DNA from: Prasinococcaceae sp. CCMP 1430 | Lineage: Eukaryota; Plantae; Prasinodermophyta | Length of the DNA: 64,000 bases | Assembly: GCA_013416795.1 (NCBI GenBank) | Contig: RQSC01000032.1 | Span: 248,001 to 312,000 of the forward strand | Direction: 5' to 3' | In this document: in pieces, positions 11,182-21,552 of the stretch | How the letters are laid out: each line of letters begins with the position of its first letter | Position numbering within the stretch: position 1 is the first letter of the stretch | Notes under the pieces: model-generated | The model's database searches: none | The model's input: the letters and a program-made list of their open reading frames with translations, nothing else | Told to the model about the DNA's origin: nothing | Made by a program: the position numbers and the translations under genes

Positions 11182-11500
11182 ATGATCTACGACATCAACT
11201 CCCCGCTCTTCAAGTCGTACCTCACCGTGGGCGGTGTTAAGACGTGAGTGCCGCGCCGATGCGCACCGGTGCACGCCATGTCTGCGCGGACAGTCGCCCC
11301 ACATTGAGCGCCGACGCAGCCTCCGTGCCTCGCATCGCGCGACTGCAAGAAAGCCGCGCATGTATCTGACGCACACGTTGATGCGCGCGTCGTCGCGATT
11401 TGCCCTCGCGCGCATTGCCTCGTGCAGCAAGAAGGCCGAGACCGGCGCCCCCGAGCCGAAGACGAAGGCCAAGGACAACAAGCCTGTCTTCAACGATTAA
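11182..11500 (+). CDS. Wound-inducible basic protein family microprotein, 2 exons (11182-11243, 11428-11500), 44 aa
   Basis: MIYDINSPLFKSYL...KAKDNKPVFND matches the plant MIYDVNSPLFRSFL...KASENKPV family; canonical GTGAGT/CAG intron. Confidence 0.88.
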
Positions 11501-11701
11501 AGATCTGTACGTGACATTGCCAGACTGTGACTACACTACGTTGATGCGCAGGGACGTTGCGTCCGGAGGCGCGTGCGCGCGCGTGAAGCGAGCGGCGAGC
11601 TGGTGCGGCCGAGCGCGCGAGCGCTCGCAACCGTCCCTGTCCTTGCAGCTGGGCCAGAGGATGACGATGGCCAGCGCCAGAACGCGTAGGCCTGCTCGAC
11701 A

Positions 11702-12855
11702 CTATTGCACGGCCTGGGAGTTCGTCAGCACCCCCCCGTCCGGCCCGGCCTCCTGCAGTACGAGGTCTGTGACGCGGGCGGTCTCACGCACGTGTGCATC
11801 CAGCTGGGCGGTGAGCTGAGCGGGCAGCGGGAAAAGCGGACCTTGGGTGGTCAGTGGGAGCGTCCTGGTGGCGGGCGCTCGCCCAGCCCCGTACGCACGC
11901 TCAGTCGCGGGAGTGCGCACGCGGGCGATTGCACGTGCGCGCTCGCGCGCACCTTCCGGATGGTTTCGTTCTTTCGCTTGACGAGCGCCTCCACTCTCAC
12001 GCGCACCGATTCCATCTCCGCCTCATGCCGCTCCTTTGCGGCCGAGAGTAACTCGGCACTGTCCGCTCGTGCGACCGCCACCTCCGTCTCGCGATTTTTC
12101 ACCTCTGCCTGCAGCTCGCCGAGAAGCCACTCGACGCGCGCGCGGGTCTCTTGGGCGGCCGCTTCCGTGGCGGCGGCGGCGGCGGCGGCGTTCTCCTCTG
12201 ACAGAGCGAGGTCGTTCTCCACCTTCATGGCGTGCGCTTTCGCCTTTGCGAGTTCCTCCTCGAGTGTAGAAACCATGGAGACCGCCTGCTCCGCCCGCGC
12301 CCGCCACTCTTCCTCGCTGCTGATAACCTCACGTAGGTGGTCCACACTGCCCTCGCGCACACGCAGCAGCTCGGCCTCATGCATCGCCGTCACAACCTCA
12401 CATTTCTGGCGCCACCCCTCTGCCGTTGTGAGTGCCACCTCGAGCTCAGCCTTCAGTTGCCTTCGCACCTCCTCGATTTCCGCGGCGTGTCGCTCCGACG
12501 CCTCCGCCAGGGCCGCTTGTGCCTCGGCCTCAGCCCGGTGGCGCGCCTCTTGCTCGCGGCGTACGCGCTCGTCGGCGGCGCGCACCGAGCGCTCGAGCTG
12601 AAGGCTTTGTGCCTGCCTTGCATCGGCGCCCTCCTGCAGCCCGTGCTTGAGCTGCGCGATCTCTGTGCTCATTGCCACCCTCTCCGCACCCCACGACACC
12701 TCCGCCTCGAGCAGCTCGGCGCTCTCGACCTCGCGTCGCGCGCGCGTCGCCGCAGCGGTCGCGCGGGTGCTCTCGCGCAGCGCGGCGACCTTGGCCTTGA
12801 GTGCATCGTAGTGCGCTTCGTCGAGCATACCCTCACCTCCAATGCCACCCGCCAT
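11702..12855 (-). CDS. Coiled-coil protein, 2 exons (12855-11953, 11815-11702); C-terminus weakly resembles CEP131/AZI1
   Basis: Continuous E/A/R heptad-rich reading frame. The AAG|GTGCGC donor and CAG acceptor join in frame (RVRVEALVKRKNETIRK|LTAQL). Confidence 0.7.
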
Positions 12856-13766
12856 CGCGCCCCACGCCCTGGGCGCCACGCCCGCCGCTGCCCCGCACCT
12901 GGGCGTTCGCCCGGGCCGTGGGTCCGACCGGCCTCGCTCCTCGCCTGCTGCAGAGGCCTTCCGCGCCCCCTTCCTTATCACCCCCCCTCCCGCTTTCCTC
13001 CCTCCCCCAGGCGGCCGCAAGGCTCCCTCGTGAGCCCCCCTGCCCCCCCTCCCCCACCCCCCGCCACGCGCGAGCCCCCACCACCACCGCCGCCACGCGC
13101 GCTCTGCTGCTGCGTCGCGCGCAGCGCGCACGCCCGCGCGCGCCCGCGCGCTTGCGCTCGGGGAACGCCCGCCATCAAACTGAATGCGGACTCTTGCGGC
13201 GCCGGTCCAGCTCGCAACAGTCGCTTGAACTCCCGCTTCGACGGTTCCCCACAGACAGCGGCGGTGAGCGCGCGTCCTCTCTCTGGCTGGATGGCAGGAT
13301 GGTTGGCTGACTGGCTGCTGGGGTTGGACCGCTGGAGCCCCGACCAATCTTCAGGTCGACAGGCTGCAGCCCCGACCGAGGGTGCCTACCTGTGCTGGCT
13401 ATGGATCCAGAGATGGGTCTCATGTGCCATGTGGTCGTGTGGCTCGGACAGACAGCGCAAAACAGCAAAACCCCCTCCACGCCGTCCCCCGCCGAGTGCG
13501 GCGGCCGCGGCCGCGGCCGCGGCGGCGGCCGCCGCTGCTGCCGGGGATCCCCCCCCGCGGCGGCTGCGGCGCTCAGACTGCGCGCCACAGGGTGCGCAGG
13601 TGGCGGCCACGGCAGGGCGGCACAATCACCCCTCCCTCCTCCCTGCCCCCAAAAAGGGGGGGTGAGGGGGCGGGGGGGGTGAGGAGGGGAGCGGGAGTGT
13701 CCCGAGGCTGCCACGAGCGAGAGGGAGGCTGTGATCTGGACAAGCCAGGAGTGCCCGGGCGCTGTC

Positions 13767-16700
13767 ATGGCGGCAACATCGTTGCGCCCGGCGAGTGTGC
13801 TGATGGTGTGCCTCGTGTCAGCGATAGTGGCGCTGCAGTTCGGCCGATGGTTTATGACGCACGCCGGCGCTGCGCACCGCCACGCGCACGGGGGCAGCGG
13901 CACGACTGCATACGGGTTCGCAAACGGGGTGGGGGATGGGACGGTTGCTCGCGACGCGACACCCGCGTGGGCGGCCGTGCTCGCCGCGCAAGGCATCGGA
14001 GGCACCACGGCGAAGCGCCCGAACGCGCGCATGGCAGAAGAGACGCAGCGAGCGGTGGCCGGGCTGAAGCCGCTGTACAAAAGCCAAGAGGGTGGCAGCG
14101 CAGGCGACGGGCTGAAGCCGCTGTACAAAAGCCAAGAGGGTGGCAGCGCAGGCGACGGGCTGCCGCGAGCAGGTCGACGGCGCGTGGGCGAGCCACACAG
14201 CGTCCCGCACACGAGCCGTTTCGACGCGACTGTGCTGCGAGTGACAGAGACGTGCGCCGAGGACCTCGAACAAAACATTGACCCTGACGGCACCGCCGTG
14301 AGCGACACGAAGCTCCTGTCCGGCGTGCCGCACATCGGCTTGGTGGCACTTGCGCTAGGTTCGGCCATGATGGAAGAGCTGGCGTATCTTGACGAGCAGG
14401 TCCTCGGTAGGCGAGCAGCGGAGGCACTGACGTCGCCGCGATGGGCGTACGACAAGGGCTGGGTAGAGGAGCAGCGGCACCAGGATCTCGTGGATCTTTA
14501 CTTTGCTGAGGTTGAGCCGCGTCTCGAGAGGGCCGAGTTGCCCGTGCGCTGTGCGCCTGTGGAGATCGCAGTCCCCGCCGGGATGCGCAGTTGGGGCATC
14601 TGTGTGGATGCTGCAATCTATGCGTCCGCTCTGAATGCCCGCATCGTGGCGGGCCTGTCGCACCACTCGTCCGACTTCTTCTGCCCGGACACTATACACA
14701 TGACGCTGGAATCTTACAACCCAAGCGCGGTGAGCTACACGCGGCCCAACTGGCGCGTGGTTAATCACGAGCACGTAATGACCAACACGGAGGGCCAACG
14801 TCAAGGCCAAGACCTGCTTCGCGCCACCGACCTATATTTGACGAAAACGCATTACGCGCAGGAGTTGCTTAGGCGGTACATCCGCTCGTATGGTCGTCAT
14901 TCGCGCGCGAAGTACGTGGGGCACACGTCGTTGGACGTGTACGATCCCAAGGAGCCCAAGGATTGGAATGCGTTCGTGCACGTCGCCGGCAAGAGTGGGC
15001 TCAAGCATACGCGCGAGGTGTTGCAGGCCTGGCTGGACAACCCCTCGTTTCCGACTCTGACGGTCATCACGCGCGATCTTCCTGCGGAATTCGCCGAGGC
15101 GCGCCAGCGGGCGCAGGCTGAGTACAACACCGCGAGGGAGAAACTCCAATGGTGGGCGCGTACCGATCCTTCCTTTGCTCCCCTGCTGGAGAGGTGGCAC
15201 AAACCCGGCGGTAACATCATCGTGTACACCTTGTCGGAGGACCGACCGCTCGAGTTGGCCCTGACTGGGTCGGGACCGCTGTCGTCTGAGGACCTGAAGA
15301 CGGAGATGAATGCGCAAGGGGTGCACTTGTGCCCCTCTGAGCGCGAAGGCTTCGGGCACTACATCAACGAGGCCCGTGCGACCGGAGCGCTGGTCGTGAC
15401 GACGGACTTCGCCCCTATGAATGAGCTGATCGACAGCACGATGGGCGTGCTGTTGCCCCCTGATCGGACGTGGCGGTACAGCTGGCAAGCGCTTTCCGAG
15501 GGCGGGGACGTGAACGCGTACGTCTCGCCTGGGACAATCGCAAAGGGCGTGCGCGAAGTGCTGGCGATGCCGCTGTCCCGTCGTCGGCAGCTCGGTGGGA
15601 AAGCGCGCTTTGCGTACGAGGCAGATGCGAAAGCCTTCGAGATGCGCCTCGCGGCCATTGTGCGCGAGCACTTTGGCGACAGCGAACCGTTGCATGTGAA
15701 GGCAAGCAGAGGGTACTACACCCCCCGCGGCTCCGATTCGACCTTGCGCAATGCGACTCTGAAGAGTGCCCTGAGCTTGCTAGGAGATCCAGCCGTGTGG
15801 CTTCGCGCCGACGCCACCTCAGTGGGGCCCAACCGCCGGACGCACATGCCGATTCCATTTGCGGCCTGGCGCGCCCCACCGAATGAGTACGCCTCTCTGC
15901 GTTGGCCTGACAGCAGCCGTTGGCCGGAGGCCACCGACTTCGCGGTCATGGATGGCAGGCCGATACGAACACTCATCGCTGGTCGCGCGGCCGTGCGATT
16001 CGACGGGGGCTCGTGTCTCATGGCCGAGACTTCGACAGAAGTGGGCGCACAACTCGTGCACCAGGGCAAGGCCTTCGCGATTCGATTCAGGACAGGTGAG
16101 GATGTGAATTCCAGGCAGGTGCTTTGGAGTGAGGGGGGATCAAACACGGGAGTACATCTGTACATCGAGGCGGGGCAGGTGCACCTCGTCGCGCACGCGA
16201 ACAGCGACGATGGTGCGTCGGACTATGAGGGCGGCGACGACGGGGACTACGAGGGCGGCGACACCGGCGCTGCCGCCGTTGGCGACAGTGGCGGGACAGT
16301 TGTTGCTTGCACATTCGGGAAGGTAACGCCCAACACAGACGCGCAGGTGTCCTTTGTGCTCTCTCCCAGGGAATTGTACTTGGCTCTCGACGGGACCCCT
16401 CTCTTTGCAAGGCAATCGTGCGCGCTGCCCGCTGAGCCACTGGTCCTGAGCGAGTACGTGGGGGAGACGTCTGTGGGGTGCGCGGCAGGAGCGTGGCTGC
16501 ATCGCCACGCTCGTGGCACCATGCGCGCCAACACGCGATCGCACCTGTCGAATGGCGCCGCCATATACGAGGTTTTCAGCTGGGACAGGCCGGAGCGGCA
16601 CGGCGCGATGCACAATGCGCACTCTTGGCTCCTCCGCAGGTACGGCGGTCTACCAAACGCCCCGAGACGAGCAGGAGCGCTCGAGGGGGCCATCAGCACG

Positions 16701-17108
16701 ATCGTCGCGTCCAAGGCGGAGGCCGGGCGCGTCCGCGACGCCATGCTGCATGCAGTGCGCAACCACGCGGCAGATCCGGATGCGGAAGAGGAGGACTCGT
16801 ATGCAGGGCGCGACCACTACAGCACGATCGTCGCGTCCAAGGCGGAGGCCGGGCGCGTCCGCGACGCCATGCTGCATGCAGTGCGCAACCACGCGGCAGA
16901 TTCGGATGCGGAAGAGGAGGACTCGTATGCAGGGCGCGACCACTACAGCACGATCGCCGCGTCCAGGGCGGAGGCCGGGCGCGTCCGCGACGCCATGCTG
17001 CATGCAGTGCGCGACCACGCGGCAGATCCGGGCGTCCGCGATGCCATGCTGCATGCAGTGCGCAACCACGCGGCAGATCCGGATGCGGAAGAGGAGGACT
17101 CGTCGTAA
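13767..17108 (+). CDS. Type II membrane GT-B (GT4-like) glycosyltransferase fused to a LamG/concanavalin-like domain, with tandem repeats; intronless
   Basis: N-terminal hydrophobic anchor; HVAGKSGLKHT; HLCPSEREGFGHYINEARATGALVVTTDFAPMNEL (EX7E); LamG-like RFRTGEDVNSRQVLWSEGGSNTGVHLYIEAGQVHL. Confidence 0.82.
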   Translation: MAATSLRPASVLMVCLVSAIVALQFGRWFMTHAGAAHRHAHGGSGTTAYGFANGVGDGTVARDATPAWAAVLAAQGIGGTTAKRPNARMAEETQRAVAGLKPLYKSQEGGSAGDGLKPLYKSQEGGSAGDGLPRAGRRRVGEPHSVPHTSRFDATVLRVTETCAEDLEQNIDPDGTAVSDTKLLSGVPHIGLVALALGSAMMEELAYLDEQVLGRRAAEALTSPRWAYDKGWVEEQRHQDLVDLYFAEVEPRLERAELPVRCAPVEIAVPAGMRSWGICVDAAIYASALNARIVAGLSHHSSDFFCPDTIHMTLESYNPSAVSYTRPNWRVVNHEHVMTNTEGQRQGQDLLRATDLYLTKTHYAQELLRRYIRSYGRHSRAKYVGHTSLDVYDPKEPKDWNAFVHVAGKSGLKHTREVLQAWLDNPSFPTLTVITRDLPAEFAEARQRAQAEYNTAREKLQWWARTDPSFAPLLERWHKPGGNIIVYTLSEDRPLELALTGSGPLSSEDLKTEMNAQGVHLCPSEREGFGHYINEARATGALVVTTDFAPMNELIDSTMGVLLPPDRTWRYSWQALSEGGDVNAYVSPGTIAKGVREVLAMPLSRRRQLGGKARFAYEADAKAFEMRLAAIVREHFGDSEPLHVKASRGYYTPRGSDSTLRNATLKSALSLLGDPAVWLRADATSVGPNRRTHMPIPFAAWRAPPNEYASLRWPDSSRWPEATDFAVMDGRPIRTLIAGRAAVRFDGGSCLMAETSTEVGAQLVHQGKAFAIRFRTGEDVNSRQVLWSEGGSNTGVHLYIEAGQVHLVAHANSDDGASDYEGGDDGDYEGGDTGAAAVGDSGGTVVACTFGKVTPNTDAQVSFVLSPRELYLALDGTPLFARQSCALPAEPLVLSEYVGETSVGCAAGAWLHRHARGTMRANTRSHLSNGAAIYEVFSWDRPERHGAMHNAHSWLLRRYGGLPNAPRRAGALEGAISTIVASKAEAGRVRDAMLHAVRNHAADPDAEEEDSYAGRDHYSTIVASKAEAGRVRDAMLHAVRNHAADSDAEEEDSYAGRDHYSTIAASRAEAGRVRDAMLHAVRDHAADPGVRDAMLHAVRNHAADPDAEEEDSS
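14061..14161 (+). repeat. Perfect 48-bp coding tandem duplication (GLKPLYKSQEGGSAGD x2)
   Basis: Copies start at 14061 and 14109. Confidence 0.95.
16695..17105 (+). repeat. 126-bp (42-aa) near-perfect coding tandem repeat, about 3 copies plus a partial re-duplication
   Basis: Copies start at 16695, 16821 and 16947 (STIVASKAEAGRVRDAMLHAVRNHAADPDAEEEDSYAGRDHY). Confidence 0.95.
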
Positions 17109-17646
17109 GAAATGAATGCTTTGCGCTGATATTTTTAATCATTTAGCTGCGTGTCAGGCGCGCGTTTCGGTGAGGTGGTGGTGCCTGAGGGGCGAGGCTG
17201 CGAGGGCGGCACAATGGCGCCCTGCCGCGCGCGAGGACGCGCCTGAGCTGCTGCGGGGCGGCGGGGCGCGCTCCCGCCGCCGCGCCCCGCGCCCCGCCCC
17301 GGCCACCGCGGAGCCATCAAATCGCATTTGGCTCATCATGCATCGCGTTCGAAGTTGTCGCCCGTGGGTGGTAAAGGGCACCGCTCCGTTGATGGCATGG
17401 ATCGATCCATCGCTCGGTCGGGCGGCCGCCATAAGTGGGTCATAGTGGGTTTCGGGCGCGGGTGGGCGCCGCGAGCGCACTGCGGGGGGAGGCGCGCCCC
17501 ACTTCCCCCCCCCTTCTCCCTCCCTCCCTCCCTCCCCTCCCTCCCTCCCTCCCTCAATCCATCCCGCACACCGACATCCCTTCGCCTTTGTGCACGGCCC
17601 GTCGGAGGTGCCACCGCGCGCTCGCTCGCGACCGCGCCTCGACGAG

Positions 17647-20600
17647 ATGGTGAGCATGCGCGCGCGCGCGCGCGTGCGGGTGCGCGAGAGGGAGAGGGAG
17701 AAGGAGGGGGTGGGAGCGCCGCCGCCGCCTGCGTTCGGCCGCAAGGCGATACGTGACGGCTCCAAGCTGGGAGGCTGGCGCCGTGCGCGTCTGCGCGAGC
17801 GCCTGGGGCCGGTAGGGTAAAAGAACAGTGGCGCCTCTGCGGGCAGTCGCTGACTGGCGCTCGCGCACAGGGGGCCGGGACAGACCTCGGCACCGTGTCG
17901 GGTGTGCTCATCCCGACATGCGAGAACATGGTGAGTTGCGATGCCCGCGTGGACTGCCTTCCCCCCGCTCCCACCCCCGCCCCCCGCTCCCGCCTGTCTA
18001 CGCCCGCTCGCGGGCACACAACCGCCAGCGCACGTCGTCACGGAGTGCCCCTAGCTGACCGGCATTGCGTGCGCAGTGGGGCGTGCTCATATTCTTGCGC
18101 TTCTTCTACGTGGTGGGCCACGGCGGTGTCGGGCACGCGCTGCTGATCGTGTTCCTGAGCTGGGTGTGCGCCTTCCTGACCGGGCTCAGCCTGAGCGCCA
18201 TCGCGACCAATGGCAAAGTCGAGCGCGGCGGCGCATACTACCTCATATCTCGTGCGCTCGGGCACAGGCTCGGTGGCGCTGTTGGGTGCACGTACTACCT
18301 CGGCATCACGTTGCTTGCGACGCTTGAGACTCTTGGCGCGGTCGAGGTCCTGCTGGCCGTCGAGCCCAGCTTGGCGCTGGGCGACGACCAGCTTGGCATC
18401 CGCGTGTGGGCAGCCGCTCTGGTAGCTGCGATGGGTAGCATGGTATACATGGGTATGGGTTTTGTCTCGAAGATGGGCGTGTTCTTCGCCGTCATAGTGG
18501 CGCTGACGCTGCTGAGTTACTACGTGGGGCTGACGACCGCCCCCCTTGGAAACGCACCGGACGCGGTGACCGGCCTCAGCGCCGACACGCTGCGTGACAA
18601 TTGGGGCCCGGAGTACGAGGATGGCGTCAACTTTTCGATCGCTCTCAGCGTCTTCTTCCCGTGCTTCACGGGCATCCTGTCGGGGGCAAACCGTGCACAG
18701 GCGCTACGGGATCCGCAACGATCCATCCCTCTGGGCACGCTCGGGGCCATTTGCATCTCTCTGTGCATGTACGTATCCTTCATGGTGTTGTGGGGCGCCG
18801 TCGCAGACCGTGGCTACTTGAAGTACGGTGCCAAGTACCTCAAGTATGAGGAAAGTGCTGAGGCCCCCGCCGACGGCGCTGGGCGTCACCTGCTTGAGCT
18901 CGTCATGGATTTGGCTGGCGGCAGGCGGCTGCTCGGCGGCGGCACCGAAAGCATGGACGTTGTCGGCGCCATCGCCTGGCCATCGGCGCTGGCCGTGCAA
19001 ATTGGCATTGTGATTGCCTCCATCTCGCAGGCGCTGCAGTGTCTGATCGTGGCGCCGACGCTGCTGAGCGCCATCGCCTCCGACGGTGCGGTACCCTTCC
19101 TCGCGTACGCTTCGCAGCTCTCAAAACAAGGGGAGCCGCAGAGGGCACTGATTGTTACCATGGCCATCTGTACGATGGCCTGCATGATAGGCTCCCTCGA
19201 CATGGTGGCCCCCCTGCTGAGCATCTGTTTCCTGACGTGCTACGCCGCCATGAATATGTCTACATTCGCCCTGAGCGCCACCGAGTCGCCGAGCTGGCGC
19301 CCCACGTGGCGCTATTTCCACTGGTCGTCTGCGCTCTTGGGATTCCTCATGTGCACCATCATGATGTTCCTGATAAATTGGTACTTCGCTATTGTGGCTG
19401 TATTGCTCGTCGCTGCCATGTTCCTCTACATATATCTGAAAGGGGGCTCCGTGGACTGGGGCTCGGCCATCGCGGGCGTGCGCATGCAGTTGGCGACGCA
19501 AGCTATGCTGCAAGTGCGCGAGGAGCAGCGTTTCGCCGTGAACTGGCGGCCGCAACTGTTGTGTTTGCACAAGCTGCACCACACGCACATGCACACGCAC
19601 GAGGAAATGCTCACACTCGCGTCGCAGCTCAAGGGCGGCCGTGGCCTCACCATGGTGGTGGAAATCCTGGAGGGCAAGGTGGCGGAGCTCGGCGGCGAGC
19701 GCGTCAGGGCTGAGCGCGAACTGCTGGAGCAGCATATGGCGAAGGTAAGCATCGAGGGCTTCGCTCAGGTTATCGTTGCGCCGAGCTACAGGGCGGGCAA
19801 GAGCATCACGATCCAAGGCTCCGGCCTTGGCGGCCTCGAGCCGAACACAATTCTGTTGGGCTGGCCACACAACTGGCGATCGGGTGGCAAGCACGTCGAC
19901 GACGCTGACGTCTTGGTAGAGACGCTCTGCGAGTGTCAGGCGATGGATAAGGCGGTCGTGCTCTGCATGCACCTGCAGGACTTTCCCACCGAACCGCTCG
20001 AGGGTGGATACATTGACATTTGGTGGCTGATCCACGATGGCGGCCTGCTGCTACTCATTGCTCACCTGCTGAAGAAGCACAAGGTGTGGCGCAGCTGCAA
20101 GCTGCGCCTGCACACCGTGGCAGAGAAATCGGACAACAGCGATATGATCAAGCGCACTCTCGAGCAGCTTCTCGAGAACGTGCGCATCAAGGCCAGCGTC
20201 GAGGTGGTCGAGCTGGAGGACGATGACTTGCTAGCGTACACGCACGACTGGACTCTGCGCAAGGGCCAGGCGCAAGCCTTCCGTTCGCGCATGCTGGGCG
20301 AACTTGCTGGCGTTGAGGAAGGCGACGAGGAGGGTTCCTCGGCGCTCGTTGGGGCGAGCAGTAGCAAGGAATCGCCGGTGCGCGTGGCGAGCTTCAATAA
20401 CCTCTTGCCGTCGCTGAGGGGGAGCTTGGGCTCAGGGGACGCACCACGCATGGCTTTGCCCACAGACGGGAGCATCACCATTGGAAGTGCGCAGCGCGGC
20501 GCCAGCAAGTCGGTCGTCTTCCCGCAGGCCATCGACATGATCGCGGGTGTGGCGCACAACGAAAGGAGCGTTCGCAATGCCGGCGCCCGCGCGCGTCGCG

Positions 20601-21469
20601 ATTTCGCGGCAGAGCTGCAGATGCCGCTCCGCGGTAGAGCTGGGGGGTCAATGGCGAGGTCTGCCACCGTGGGTAGCCTCAGCGCCAAGGCGCAGCTGCC
20701 ACCCAGTGGGTCAACGAGCGACCTCGGCACCCCAGCAGTGAGCAGCAAGCGACTTTCTCTGAGCGAGCTCACCGCGAAGATGGCTGAGGAACAGGGCATG
20801 GCCGACGAGAAGAAGGGTGGTAACGGCGCTCAAGACGACGAGGGCGCGAACAACGTCGGTGGCGCTGATGCGGCCCACCCCACGCCTTCGGGCGGCGATG
20901 ATGACGAGCGAGATGCCGCTGCAGCCGAGCATGTCGAAATCGAGCTCTCAGCGACGCCCGTACCGGCGCCTGCAGCAGCGACGCTCGATCTCTCGGACGA
21001 CCCCCCGCTGCCGGAACCTTCTGCATTCGAACAACTGAGCCTCGAGAGTCAGAACACCATGGGCAAGGAACTTGCAGCTTCTCTCAAGGAAGCGCTCGCG
21101 CAGCAGCGGGAGGGCGCTGGCGAGACGGGTGACACGGACAGCAGCGATCATCAGGTGTCCTACGATGGGGACAACGACACCATCCCAGCCTATCGGCGGT
21201 CGCGCTCGCTGGGCCTGCCAAGCAACCGGAAGGTCTCCGATCTGCACAAGCGCGCCGCTGGCGCCGCCGGCCCGATGCACCTCAACGCCAAGATTCGCGA
21301 GAACAGCGATGACTCGGCGCTCATTATCCTCAACCTGCCAGACCCTGACGCGCTGGCCAAGGAACGCCCAGAGAGATACATGCGCTACGTGGAGATGCTC
21401 ACAAAGAATCTCGACAGGGTTCTTCTGATACACGGAAGTGGCAGGGAGGTGTGGACCGGCGACACGTGA
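17647..21469 (+). CDS. CCC1: Cation-chloride cotransporter (SLC12/CCC, KCC-like). Exons: ATG 17647-17649 (or a longer upstream exon), 17871-17930, 18077-21469.
   Basis: LGTVSGVLIPTCENM|WGVLIFLRF, GGAYYLISRALG, FFPCFTGILSGANR, NWRPQLL, IDIWWLIHDGGLL and LDRVLLIHGSGREV. Confidence 0.93.
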
Positions 21470-21552
21470 CGGGCTCTTCCGGACCTCGGATGCTGCGCCC
21501 TCCACAACGAAACTGTGGCTGCAGAAAATGCTACAATACAATTACATTTAAT

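Noticed and set aside
16695-17105. Repeat array as a CRISPR
   Set aside because: It has no unique spacers, the units are codon-multiple and in-frame within a CDS, and the context is eukaryotic with no cas genes.
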